NCBI GenBank assembly: GCA_903925275.1
Contig: CAIYES010000095.1
Coordinates: 11,225 to 75,224, forward strand
Reading direction: 5' to 3'
Length of the DNA stretch: 64,000 nt
Origin: an uncultured Bacteroidales bacterium
Lineage (GTDB): Bacteria; Bacteroidota; Bacteroidia; Bacteroidales; FEN-979
Under the pieces are notes generated by a model, which was not told the origin of the DNA, did not search any database, and was given only the letters and a program-made list of their open reading frames with translations. A program made the position numbers and the translations under genes. Shown piece after piece: positions 37,872 through 48,600 of this stretch (positions are counted from its first letter, which is position 1; every line of letters starts with the position of its first letter).

Positions 37872-40508
37872 ATGAAAACTTTTTATTCCAGCATTGTCAA
37901 TATTGTCTGCATTGCCTGCATTGTCTGCATTTCCTGCATTGTCTGCATTTCCAGCATTTCCCAGGCCCAGGTGACGGATGATTTTTCGGATGGAAATTTT
38001 TCCAGGAACCCGCAATGGCTAGGGGATACCATGCAGTTTGAGGTCAATACGGCCGGCCAGCTTCATTTAAAAGGTCAAAGCAGCGATACATCCCTATTAA
38101 TGACAAGAAGTGAATCCAGCTCAACCACTGAATGGCGTTTTTGGATAAAATTATCGTTCAACACCTCCTCAAATAATTATGCACGAATCTATCTCGCGTC
38201 AGACACTATAAATGTATTTTCCGCGATGAATGGCTATTTTCTTCAGACGGGTGGTGGGGATGACAGCATCTTTATCATAAAACAGTCGGGCATGGTTCAG
38301 GAAAAGATATACCGTGTTCAATTTTATAAAACGTTTCATTCAACAAATACGTTTCGGATGAAAATCACACGTGATGAAGCAGGGGGCTGGGAGGTAATGA
38401 TTGATACAACCGGGGGATTTAATTATTATCAGGACGGTAGGTTTTCAGACAATTCACTCTTTCCGGCACGATGGATTGGCGTTTGTTGCCGCTATACATC
38501 CAGTAATGCAACGAAATTTTATTTTGATGATTTTTATATAGGGCCGATCATTTATGATACCATTGCACCTTCAGTTATCTCTCAGGAATTTCAGGCAGAG
38601 AAAGTTATTAGGGTTGCTTTCTCAGAGACGATAGAAAGAAGAAACGCAGAGACTCCTGAGAATTATCAACTCGGCCCGGATGTCGGATCTCCTGATTCTG
38701 TCATTATGGATGTGCAGGAGCCTGCCGTAGCTTTGTTTCTTCATGAACCAATGAAAGAAGGCATTTATGGTTCATTGCATATTCAGGGGGTTACTGATTT
38801 GGCTGGAAACCTGATGAAAGATACCGTGGTTCCGGTATGCTGGTATCGGCCGAAAGTTTTTGACATCCTTATACATGAGATCATGGCAGACCCGGATCCT
38901 CCTGTTGAATTGCCGGATGGTGAATTTGTAGAGTTGTTTAACCGCACAGATTTCCCAATAAATCTAAAGGGTTGGAGCTTCAGTTATGGAAGCTATATCA
39001 AGATATTCCCCTCAACGGTCATTTCACCAAAGGGATATTTGCTAATTGTAAAAGATTCATCCTATTTAAGTTACGCAGTATGTGCGGTTTTATTCACATC
39101 TTCCACTTCCTTATCAAATGAAGGAACTGCCCTGATACTGAAAGATCAGTGGAATCATGTTATTCACACTGTTTCATACACCCCGGAATGGTACAAAGGT
39201 TTATTTAAAGGAGAAGGCGGATGGTCGCTGGAGATGATAGATCCGGGAAATCCATGTGGTTGTGGAGAAAACTGGGGCGCATCGCAGGCAAAATCCGGAG
39301 GAACACCCGGGAGTCCAAATTCTATTGGCAAATCCAACCCTGATCTGAAAAGTCCGGTTCCCATGAGAGCCGTGATATCTGATTCGTCATCCTTGGAAGT
39401 TTACTTTTCAGAAGCAATGGACAGCACTTCATTGCTTTCACCGGCAGGCTGGATTATAGGTTCCCCGGATGGGGCGATCCACCCCGTTAGGGCTGAACCG
39501 GTTTCTCCCGGGTTTATTTCAACAAAACTATTGTTCAGCAAAGCTTTTGAACCAGGGATATCTTACACGCTCAATGTTTCGGGTGATTTTAAAGATTGTA
39601 CGGGTAACTATTGCGACACTACCCGAACAGTCAGGTTTGCGATTCCGGATTCCGTGACCCTTCATGACATCGTCATCAACGAAATTTTATCCAATCCAGC
39701 CAGTGGAGGAGCAAGATTTGTTGAGTTAATCAACCGTTCAGAAAAAATTATTGATCTGCAAACCCTGGTATTGGCGAACCGTGACACTGTAACTGGATTT
39801 CTTCCGGGTTCAACACCGCTTTTCCCTTCCGGATATTTATTGTTCCCCGGAGATTATATCGCGCTGACTTCAAGCTCTGATGAAATCCGGGACCGGTATC
39901 ATTCACCTTTCCCGGAAGCCATCGTTTCGATGCAGGGATTTCCAGTGTTCGGAGACGACACAGGAACTGTGATCCTAGCCAGAAAAGATAATTTAATGGT
40001 CATTGACAGGATTCACTATGATCCGGATATGCATTATCCATTGCTGGCAACTTCAGAAGGAGTGTCGTTGGAGCGGACCAATCCGGACATGCCCTCCGAA
40101 AGCAAAGACAATTGGCATTCGTGTGCTGAAACGGCAGGATTTGCTACTCCTGGTTTCATAAATTCGCACTTTGTCATTCATGAAACAACGGATAGGGAAA
40201 TTGTTATCGAACCGTGTGTTTTTTCACCCGACAATGATGGGCATGATGATTTATTGTCCATCATCGTCCGTGAAAATGACCCAGACTGTACGGTCAGCAT
40301 TGAAATTTATGATTCGAAAGGACGAATAATCAACCAATTAGTCAATAACGTGTTAACTGGCAGCGAGGGAATTTTCATCTGGGATGGGATGACCTCTAAC
40401 AAGAACAAGGCACCGCTTGGCTTTTATGTTTTCCTGATTGAAATAACAAGGCCGGATGGTACGGTGAAGCACTATAAAGGGACTGCCGTGCTGGGGGGAA
40501 GACTCTGA
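37872..40508 (+). CDS. Secreted protein with two lamin-tail domains (LTD) and a C-terminal beta-sandwich carrying an FSPDNDGHDD motif
   Basis: LTD signatures HEIMADPDPPVELPDGEFVELFN...LKGW and NEILSNPASGGARFVELIN. The signal peptide ends SQAQ. The C-terminal FSPDNDG motif resembles T9SS type-B/FlgD-Ig-like domains. Confidence 0.7.
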   Translation: MKTFYSSIVNIVCIACIVCISCIVCISSISQAQVTDDFSDGNFSRNPQWLGDTMQFEVNTAGQLHLKGQSSDTSLLMTRSESSSTTEWRFWIKLSFNTSSNNYARIYLASDTINVFSAMNGYFLQTGGGDDSIFIIKQSGMVQEKIYRVQFYKTFHSTNTFRMKITRDEAGGWEVMIDTTGGFNYYQDGRFSDNSLFPARWIGVCCRYTSSNATKFYFDDFYIGPIIYDTIAPSVISQEFQAEKVIRVAFSETIERRNAETPENYQLGPDVGSPDSVIMDVQEPAVALFLHEPMKEGIYGSLHIQGVTDLAGNLMKDTVVPVCWYRPKVFDILIHEIMADPDPPVELPDGEFVELFNRTDFPINLKGWSFSYGSYIKIFPSTVISPKGYLLIVKDSSYLSYAVCAVLFTSSTSLSNEGTALILKDQWNHVIHTVSYTPEWYKGLFKGEGGWSLEMIDPGNPCGCGENWGASQAKSGGTPGSPNSIGKSNPDLKSPVPMRAVISDSSSLEVYFSEAMDSTSLLSPAGWIIGSPDGAIHPVRAEPVSPGFISTKLLFSKAFEPGISYTLNVSGDFKDCTGNYCDTTRTVRFAIPDSVTLHDIVINEILSNPASGGARFVELINRSEKIIDLQTLVLANRDTVTGFLPGSTPLFPSGYLLFPGDYIALTSSSDEIRDRYHSPFPEAIVSMQGFPVFGDDTGTVILARKDNLMVIDRIHYDPDMHYPLLATSEGVSLERTNPDMPSESKDNWHSCAETAGFATPGFINSHFVIHETTDREIVIEPCVFSPDNDGHDDLLSIIVRENDPDCTVSIEIYDSKGRIINQLVNNVLTGSEGIFIWDGMTSNKNKAPLGFYVFLIEITRPDGTVKHYKGTAVLGGRL
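37891..37962. repeat. 9-bp tandem array, about 8 units (GCATTGTCT / GCATTGCCT / GCATTTCCT), inside the signal-peptide coding region of the LTD protein
   Basis: Counted directly. It translates in frame as IVNIVCIACIVCISCIVCISSIS. ATTGCCTGC is the reverse complement of the GCAGGCAAT unit at 62958-63083. Confidence 0.9.
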
Positions 40509-40511
40509 CAT

Positions 40512-41201
40512 TCAGAGCATGGCTGTAGCAATACACGCAATACTAATCTTTACCCGGGGGATTTCCGATAAAGCCTGAATGCAGGCCTCCAGTGTAGCCC
40601 CGGTGGTAATCACATCATCGACAAGCAACAGGTGTCGTCCTTCGAATTTTTCAGGATTGCGGACAGCAAAGATTTCATGGACATTCTCATATCTTTTAAA
40701 ACGGGATTTTCGGGTTTGTGTTTCTGTGGCTTTGGTGCGGGAAAGTAAAAATCTGTCAACAGGAACAATCATAGACCTGGCAAGTCCGATGGCAAACTGT
40801 TCACTTTGGTTATATCCGCGTTGCATGTATTTTTTCTTGTGCAGCGGAACCGGGATGATGAAATCGACCGTGTTAAAAGGAGTTAAATTGCGCAATGTCT
40901 GGCCATATTGTGCACCAAGGTAAATCCCGATGTCTTTTCTCCCTTTGTATTTTAGTAGATGCACCATTTGCTGAACCCTGTTCCCTTTGTTAAAAAACAG
41001 AAAAGCTGTTCCACCTTCGATTTGTGCTCTTCCCCAGAAGAGACGGGTTACAGGATTTTCCTTTTCGAGATGAAAATTTGTTTTCGGGAGGTGGTATTCA
41101 CAGAATTTGCAGAGCACCTCCTCATGTTTCCAGAGGCTGTTGCCGCAACCGGCACAGATTCTGGGAAAAATCAGTGAAATGAAATCGTCGAACCAGAGCA
41201 T
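40512..41201 (-). CDS. comF: ComF-family phosphoribosyltransferase-domain protein
   Basis: N-terminal zinc-finger Cys pairs (CAGCG...CKFC) and PRTase motif LLLVDDVITTGATL. Start set at MLWFDD (ATG at 41201). Confidence 0.8.
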   Translation of the reverse strand: MLWFDDFISLIFPRICAGCGNSLWKHEEVLCKFCEYHLPKTNFHLEKENPVTRLFWGRAQIEGGTAFLFFNKGNRVQQMVHLLKYKGRKDIGIYLGAQYGQTLRNLTPFNTVDFIIPVPLHKKKYMQRGYNQSEQFAIGLARSMIVPVDRFLLSRTKATETQTRKSRFKRYENVHEIFAVRNPEKFEGRHLLLVDDVITTGATLEACIQALSEIPRVKISIACIATAML

Positions 41202-41289
41202 AGAATTGTTTTTGCTTAATCGGGCGAAATGGAAAAGGTGATACATAATTGAAAAAAAACACGTAGGTTTGATCAAAATTTATCAGGAA

Positions 41290-42963
41290 ATGACATTCAA
41301 TCCTTTGCTTGAGGTACGCGATCTGTCAATCGGTTTTACAGCCGACAACCAGGAGCTGATGGTGGTGGATCACATATCTTTTCAGTTAAAGGAAGCTGAA
41401 ACCCTTGCCGTAGTGGGGGAGTCGGGCTCCGGGAAAACCGTTACGGCATTGGCAATACTCAGGTTGATCCCAACACCTCCGGGTAGAATTTCAAGCGGGG
41501 AAATTTTATTCAGAAATGGGAATAGCGGGGTAACCGATATCCTGCGCATCGGGGAGGGTGAAGTTCAAAAACTCAGGGGATTCAGGATTTCAATGATTTT
41601 CCAGGAACCCATGACCTCGTTGAATCCCGTATTTACCTGCGGTGACCAGGTTACGGAAAGTCTTCGAATTCATCTGGGATTTACGAAAAAACAGTCCCGT
41701 GAAAAAGTACTGGATTTATTCAGTGAAGTTAAGCTCCCAAGGCCGGAGGCCGTGTTTAATAATTATCCGCACCAGCTTTCGGGCGGCCAGAAGCAACGTG
41801 TCATGATCGCCATGGCCATTGCATGTAATCCTGCAATTCTGATTGCTGACGAACCAACCACGGCACTGGATGTGACGGTCCAGAAAACAATTCTTGAGCT
41901 GTTAAAAAACCTGCAGTCAACCCGGAAAATGAGCATCCTGTTTATTACCCATGACCTCGGGCTTGTTGCCGGATTCGCCGACAGGGTTTTAGTTATGCAT
42001 GGAGGTAAGCTTGTTGAACAAGGTAATGTTACCGATATTTTTCAATCGCCTCAGCATGCCTACACCCGTGGATTGCTGGCTTGCCGCCCCCCGCTTGATT
42101 CCAGGCCATCCCGTTTGCCCACCATTGAAAAATATCTTAATGACAATCGGGAGGTGGCAGTACCGATCGTAACCCCGGATGAGCGAAAAAGTGAACATGA
42201 ACGGCTTTTTGCTCAGAAACCCATCTTACTCATTGAAAAACTGAGTAAACATTTTGGATCTTTTCCTGCATTGGAAAAGGCAAGTTTTAATGTATATCCA
42301 GGTGAAACCCTTGGAATTGTGGGCGAATCCGGAAGTGGAAAAACCACACTTGCCCGCGTGGTACTTGAACTTCTTCCTGCTTCCGAAGGAAAGGTGTTTT
42401 ATCGGGACTGCGATATTACAAGGCTGACCTCCCATAAACTTAAAGCACTTCGCAAAGACTTGCAGATCATATTCCAGGATCCTTATTCTTCGTTAAATCC
42501 AAGGATCTCTGCCGGTTCAGCAATTCTTGAGCCGATGAAGGTTCATAAATTGCATCGGAATGACACAACCCGAAAGGAAAGGGTGATGGAGCTCCTGCAA
42601 AAAGTTGGTCTGAAACCTGAACATTTTTCCCGTTATCCGCATGAGTTTTCGGGCGGCCAGCGGCAACGGATCTGCATTGCCAGGGCATTGGCTGTCGAAC
42701 CACGGCTGATCATCTGCGACGAATCGGTTTCAGCGTTAGATGTTTCCATCCAGGCCCAGGTATTGAACCTGCTGAATGATCTGAAAAAAGATTATGGGCT
42801 GACCTACATTTTTATCTCCCATGATCTGTCGGTTGTTAAATTCATGTCGGACCGTTTGATTGTTATGAAGAATGGAAAAATCGAAGAGATTGGAGAGGCC
42901 GACCAGGTTTATGCAAATCCACAATCGGAATATACAAGAGCGTTGCTGGAGGCGGTCAGGTAA
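41290..42963 (+). CDS. ABC transporter ATP-binding protein with two fused ATPase domains (peptide-type, YejF/GsiA-like)
   Basis: Two Walker A motifs (GESGSGKT twice), two LSGGQ signatures (LSGGQKQR, FSGGQRQR) and two Walker B motifs. No permease gene is adjacent. Confidence 0.9.
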   Translation: MTFNPLLEVRDLSIGFTADNQELMVVDHISFQLKEAETLAVVGESGSGKTVTALAILRLIPTPPGRISSGEILFRNGNSGVTDILRIGEGEVQKLRGFRISMIFQEPMTSLNPVFTCGDQVTESLRIHLGFTKKQSREKVLDLFSEVKLPRPEAVFNNYPHQLSGGQKQRVMIAMAIACNPAILIADEPTTALDVTVQKTILELLKNLQSTRKMSILFITHDLGLVAGFADRVLVMHGGKLVEQGNVTDIFQSPQHAYTRGLLACRPPLDSRPSRLPTIEKYLNDNREVAVPIVTPDERKSEHERLFAQKPILLIEKLSKHFGSFPALEKASFNVYPGETLGIVGESGSGKTTLARVVLELLPASEGKVFYRDCDITRLTSHKLKALRKDLQIIFQDPYSSLNPRISAGSAILEPMKVHKLHRNDTTRKERVMELLQKVGLKPEHFSRYPHEFSGGQRQRICIARALAVEPRLIICDESVSALDVSIQAQVLNLLNDLKKDYGLTYIFISHDLSVVKFMSDRLIVMKNGKIEEIGEADQVYANPQSEYTRALLEAVR

Positions 42964-42996
42964 TGAAATGGTGAAATAGTGAAATGGTGAAATGGT
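42962..42996. repeat. Short 8-bp array (about 4 units of TGGTGAAA-type) between the ABC ATPase stop and the rnr start
   Basis: Sequence aatgaaatggtgaaatagtgaaatggtgaaatgg, the same unit family as 37662-37782. Confidence 0.8.
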
Positions 42997-43016
42997 TTTT
43001 CGATAATAAATATTTT

Positions 43017-45173
43017 ATGGGAAAGAAGAAGAGTTTAAGTGGCAGTGAAAAAAACACCTTTGTAAAATCGGTGCTGGATGTGTTTCAGAACAATCCATAC
43101 AGCAGCTTCAATTACAAACAGGTTGCATCGAGGCTTGGGATTCAGGATCGTGCAAGCAAGGATCTGATCAGCCTGATCATCGGACAGTTATTCAAGAACC
43201 AGGAACTTGCCATGAGCAAGCGTGGGAAATACCAGATCAATACCGAAAGTCCGCGCTATGAAAAGGAGGTAAAAACCTCCCTCACCGGAACGGTCGACAT
43301 GAAACAAACCGGGAAAGCTTACGTGATCCCGGAAGATAAATCGGAAGATGTGTTTGTTGCTGCGACAAACACGAACCATGCCCTTCACGGCGATAAGGTG
43401 AAGGTGTTCATTTTTCCCCGGCGGAAGGGACATAAACTGGAAGGTGAGATAGCAGAGATCATCAAACGGAATAAGAAACAATTTGTCGGGACAATTGAAA
43501 CCTCCAAGAATTTTGCATTTCTCAGGCCTGATAATGCGACCATGCCGGTAGATATTTTCATTCCCATTTCAAAACTTAACGGAGCAAAGAACGGCCAAAA
43601 AGTTGTAGCAGTGATCACCGAATGGCCGGCCCAGTCGGCCAACCCATTCGGAGAGGTAAAAGAGGTGCTGGGGAAGCCGGGCGACAATCGTGTAGAAATG
43701 CAGTCGATACTGGCAGAAATAGATTTTCCGTTGTCTTTTTCAGCCCAGGCAGAAAAGGAAGCCTCTTCGTTTCCGGATGCCATTCCGCCTGCTGAGATCA
43801 GCACACGCAAGGATTTCAGACAGATATTTACCATTACCATTGACCCCGAGGATGCAAAGGATTTTGACGATGCCATTTCGCTGAAGCAGTTGGACAAGGG
43901 ACATTGGGAGATTGGAGTGCACATCGCTGATGTATCCTATTATGTGCAACCGGGATCGGCCATTGAGGAGGAGGCGATTGAGCGGGGAACCTCGGTTTAT
44001 ATGGTTGGTCGCACGATCCCGATGCTTCCTGAACGGTTATCAAATGGATTGTGTTCCCTGAAACAGGGCGAAGACCGGTTGTGCTTTTCGGCGGTTTTTG
44101 AAATGGATGAAACGGGTAAGATCCATGCCGAATGGTTTGGCAAGACGGTGATCAATTCGAACCGCCGTTTTGCGTATGAGGAGGTTCAGGAGATCATTGA
44201 AACCGGGAAAGGGGAATTTTCGACGGAGATCGCTGTTCTGAATAAGGTAGCCTTAAAGCTGCGTGAAGAAAGGTTCAGGAAGGGTTCGTTTAATTTTGAA
44301 ACCCAGGAGGTCAGGTTCAAACTTGATGAACTCGGCCGGCCGTTGAGCATCTATCTGCGGGAAATGAAGGATGCCAATAAGCTGATCGAAGATTTCATGT
44401 TGCTGGCAAACCGCAAGGTTGCTGAATTTATCGGAAAGAAAAGGGAAAATCAGACGGTGAAAACCTTTGTGTACAGGGTTCACGATACTCCGAATCCCGA
44501 AAAACTCGATACGTTCACCCAGTTTGTGGAGCGGCTTGGGTACAAAATGAAAATAAGTTCAAAAAAATCGCTTGCCGATTCATTTAACAAGTTGTTCAGC
44601 GATATCAAGGGCACCGGTACCGAAACCATGATCGAAACCATCGCCATCCGGACCATGTCGAAGGCCTATTATTCAACCAACAACATAGGTCATTACGGTC
44701 TGGCTTTTCAGTATTATTCACATTTCACCTCACCCATCCGCCGTTATCCCGACCTGATGGTACACCGGTTGTTGTTCAACTACATGAACAATGCCCCGTC
44801 GGTTTCGAAAGAGGTGTATGAGCCAATGTGCGAGCATGCTTCGGAAATGGAACGCAGGGCCGTTGATGCCGAAAGAATGTCGGTTAAATACAAACAAGCT
44901 GAATACATGCTTGATAAAATCGGGCAGGAATTTGATGCACTTATCTCAGGTGTAAGCAAATGGGGCATTTTTGCCGAGATCATCGGGACAAAATGTGAAG
45001 GGATGATTAGGCTTCGAGATCTGGAGGATGACTATTATTATCTTGATGAAGAAAACTACCAGATCATCGGGCAGCGCCATGGCTACCGTTTTAAGCTTGG
45101 CGACAAATTGAAAATACGGGTCAAACGCATCGATCTTGCCCGGAAGCAGATGGATTACGAGTGGGTTCCCTGA
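43017..45173 (+). CDS. rnr: Ribonuclease R
   Basis: RNB catalytic domain (TIDPEDAKDFDDA, FTSPIRRYPD) and C-terminal S1 domain. ATG at 43017 preferred over the track start inside the repeat. Confidence 0.95.
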   Translation: MGKKKSLSGSEKNTFVKSVLDVFQNNPYSSFNYKQVASRLGIQDRASKDLISLIIGQLFKNQELAMSKRGKYQINTESPRYEKEVKTSLTGTVDMKQTGKAYVIPEDKSEDVFVAATNTNHALHGDKVKVFIFPRRKGHKLEGEIAEIIKRNKKQFVGTIETSKNFAFLRPDNATMPVDIFIPISKLNGAKNGQKVVAVITEWPAQSANPFGEVKEVLGKPGDNRVEMQSILAEIDFPLSFSAQAEKEASSFPDAIPPAEISTRKDFRQIFTITIDPEDAKDFDDAISLKQLDKGHWEIGVHIADVSYYVQPGSAIEEEAIERGTSVYMVGRTIPMLPERLSNGLCSLKQGEDRLCFSAVFEMDETGKIHAEWFGKTVINSNRRFAYEEVQEIIETGKGEFSTEIAVLNKVALKLREERFRKGSFNFETQEVRFKLDELGRPLSIYLREMKDANKLIEDFMLLANRKVAEFIGKKRENQTVKTFVYRVHDTPNPEKLDTFTQFVERLGYKMKISSKKSLADSFNKLFSDIKGTGTETMIETIAIRTMSKAYYSTNNIGHYGLAFQYYSHFTSPIRRYPDLMVHRLLFNYMNNAPSVSKEVYEPMCEHASEMERRAVDAERMSVKYKQAEYMLDKIGQEFDALISGVSKWGIFAEIIGTKCEGMIRLRDLEDDYYYLDEENYQIIGQRHGYRFKLGDKLKIRVKRIDLARKQMDYEWVP

Positions 45174-45699
45174 TTTTGTGGAAATTCCTTTTAGGATTAT
45201 CTTATCGTTATCAAAAGAGACCTGAGATCAGTCAGTTCCTGGCCGGTTCAGGTATGAGGTATGAACGTCCAAAGATTAACATGACAATATTCCTATTTCA
45301 TGTTTGGGAAACCCCGGTGAAATCAACAAAAGAGTTGTTAATTAATTCACGTTTTTGAAAATATTTAACCCGGGAACCGATCTTATATCAACTCATTTTT
45401 TGTGAATCGCTTTGAAAAAGAGGATTGTATCCCTGGTTCTTCTCCAGGCTGTGGATAAAAAATCCATTGTGTAAAAGATAACAACTTGACAACCGGATAT
45501 TTATATTGTATATTGCCCTGGTTTTGTTCAAAAATGTTCCAAACTATTACCTAACCCAGTTTCGACTGGAAACCCGGTAACTACTTTGCCTGTCACTTTT
45601 TTCTATATATTGTTTAATCGCTATGGGTATAATTCCCCGCCTTGTGCAGCAGGGAAATACAATTAAATATAAACCGGATAAAACTGCAACCATTTAAAG

Positions 45700-48600
45700 A
45701 TGAGAACAATTTTCAGGCTTTTTGTAGTGCTTGGATTTATTTTTGCTATTCCAGGTCTTTCTGTTTTCAGTCAGGTTAGCATCAAAACCGATGGCAGTCC
45801 ATGCGACCCTTCAGCCATGCTGGATGTGAATGCAAAAGACCGGGGGTTACTCCTCCCGCGTATGTCGGTTGCTGCACGCAACCTGATTCTATCTCCCGCA
45901 ACCGGCCTGCTAATCTACAATACGACTTCGAACCAATTCAATTATTACAATGGCAGTCACTGGTTCCAGTTGGAAACAACCTTTATCATTTTAAAAACCG
46001 CAGGAAGCCCAAGCACAGGCAGCAACGGTGTTGCCATTGGCACTTCACTGGGAACACAGGCGGAAAGTACGGCGATGCTCGACATCAATGATCCGGCCAG
46101 GGGTATGCTGATCCCGAGAATTTCAACCTCAGCCCGCGACCTTATCCCATCGCCTGCCAATGGTTTGATCATTTACAACACATCTTCAAATCTCCTCAAT
46201 TATTACAACAATACCCGTTGGGTTACCGTGTGTGCCAGTTCAACGGGGATAACGGGTGCCAGCGGAAGCCAGGCCTCCGTCGGGATAGCTATCAAATCAG
46301 ACAATTCAAACGCGGATCCATCCGCAATACTGGATGTATCGGCTACCGACAAGGGGGTGCTGATCCCACGACTTACGAATGCCCAGCGTGATGCTATTCT
46401 TCCTGTTACCGGACTGGTCATCTATAATACCATAACCAACAATATTGAATTTTACAATGGCTCAGGCTGGTACCAGTTTGTCACAAACCTGCTCTCATCC
46501 CCATTGGCCGGTATACATGTGCCAACCGGAACAGAGATCACCTGGAACTGGAACAGCGTTGCCGGTGCCATCGGTTATAAATGGAATACGGTCGATGATT
46601 ACACAACGGCGACCGACTTGGCTGCCGTCACCACGAAGACCGAAACAGGTCTCATCCCCATCACAGCCTATTCGAGATATGTATGGGCCTACAACAGTTG
46701 CGGGGTATCGGCAGCGACCACGCTGACACAGTCGACCACAGCCTGGGCGTGCGGCTCTTCATTCACCATTGATCATGTAGCCGGCGATGTGGCACCTGTC
46801 ACAAAAACCGTTACCTACGGTACAGTTCCGAATATTGCGGGTAGTCCTGAAAAATGCTGGATTACCAGAAACCTGGGTGCCGACCAGCAGCCAACGGCCG
46901 TTGATGACGCATCCGAAGCATCGGCAGGCTGGTACTGGCAGTTTAACCGGAAACAGGGTAACAAGGTTGATCAGGATGGCTTCACCCGCAAGCCCGCTGC
47001 CACCTGGACCACGAATATTCTTGAAAGCACTTTCTGGGAGGCCGCCAACGACCCCTGCACCCATGCTCTTGGCAGCGGGTGGCGCATTCCTACTTATACG
47101 GAATGGAACTCAGTAGTAGCGCTCTTTCCAAACCATCTTAATCCATGGATATCTGATTTGAAGCTGCATGCAGCCGGTCGTCTCATCGTAGCCGATGGTT
47201 CACTATTCCAACGAGGTCTCTTCGGTGAATACTGGTGCAGCAATGGTGACGGTCCTTTAATCCCCCCCCCAGGTGTAAATACGAGCATGACCCTCTTCTT
47301 CATCGCTGGAATTATCGAAGCGGGTTTTGGGGTTAACTTTAATGCAACCGGGGAGTCGATGCGCTGCCTCAGAGATGAAGCAAGTTTCACCACTACCCCC
47401 ACCCTCACCACAACGGCTGCCGGCAATATTACTACGACAACGGCAACCGCTGGCGGCAATGTCCTCAGCGAAGGAGGGGTAGCAGGAATTGTAAAGGGTG
47501 TATGCTGGAGCACTTCACCTTTGCCCACCATTGCCGACAACCACACGACCGACGGCAGCGGAACCGGTGTGTTTACAAGCAATTTCAGCGGCCTCACGGC
47601 GAATACCCTTTATTATGCAAGGGCTTATGCTACCAATGGTTCCGGAACCGCTTACGGGAATGAGGTAAGTTTCAGGACCTTCTTCACCTGCGGTACTTCC
47701 ATCACAGTTAACCATGTTGCGGGCGATGTGGCGCCGGTTAATAAAACCGTTACCTACGGCACCGTTGCAAACATTCCCGGCGAACCAGCAAAATGCTGGA
47801 TCACCCGTAATCTGGGCGCCGACCAACAGGCTGCCGTTGATGACGATAACACCTCTGCCGCTGCAGGCTGGTACTGGCAGTTTAACCGCAAACAGGGGTA
47901 CCAGGTTGATATGAACGGGGCCAGAACACCCAATACCAGCTGGATAACCTCAATAAATGAAAACAGTGACTGGGAGGCTGCCAAGGATCCCTGTACCCTT
48001 GAACTTGGCGCTGGCTGGCGTATCCCGGCCATGTCGGAACTGGAGAACCTGGATGCAGGCGGAGCCTGGACCAATGAGAGTTTTCCTTGGAATTCCGGGT
48101 TAAAACTGCATGAAGCCGGGATCATACATGAAAATGATATGTTATTCAACCGCGGAAAGACAGGCTTTTACTGGAGCAATACACAGAACGGCGCTTCAAA
48201 GGGATGGAACCTGTTCTCCGGCGTTGGAACATGTTCCATTGAATCCAACACCAAAGTCAGTGGTATGTCGCTGCGCTGCCTCAACGATGGCGGTGCTACC
48301 ACAACCACACCTGCTGTTACAACGTTGGTTGCCAGCAATATTGCTGCTACTGCAACAACAGGCGGGGGCTATGTTTACAGTGACGGCGGAACTGCTGTAA
48401 CTTCCCGTGGAATTTGCTGGAGTAACGTACCAAATCCTACTTTGGCAAACAGCCATTCAACCAACGGCAGTGGTTCGGGTTTGTTTACTGGCAGCCTCGC
48501 CGGTCTCACACCGAATACCCTGTATTATGTATGTGCATATGCTACCAATGGTAACGGCACTGCCTATGGAAATGAAATAACTGTGACAACCACTACCAGC

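Noticed and set aside
37662-37962. The possibility that the tandem arrays here, and those at 6239 and 62958, are CRISPR arrays.
   Set aside because: The units are 7-9 bp and directly abutting, with no spacers, and no cas genes are present. These are micro- or minisatellites, not CRISPR.
36636-38015. The ORF-track version of asd with a 128-codon N-terminal extension (HHFTISPS repeats, NAGNADNAG repeats).
   Set aside because: The extension is simply the minus-strand translation of the 8-bp and 9-bp tandem arrays. The canonical MKLAIVGVTG start is at 37631 and gives a normal ~331-aa Asd.
45174-45699. A 526-bp intergenic region upstream of the giant gene as a possible ncRNA or riboswitch.
   Set aside because: I could not recognize any known RNA motif, strong conserved-looking structure or repeat. 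It probably holds promoter and leader sequence only.
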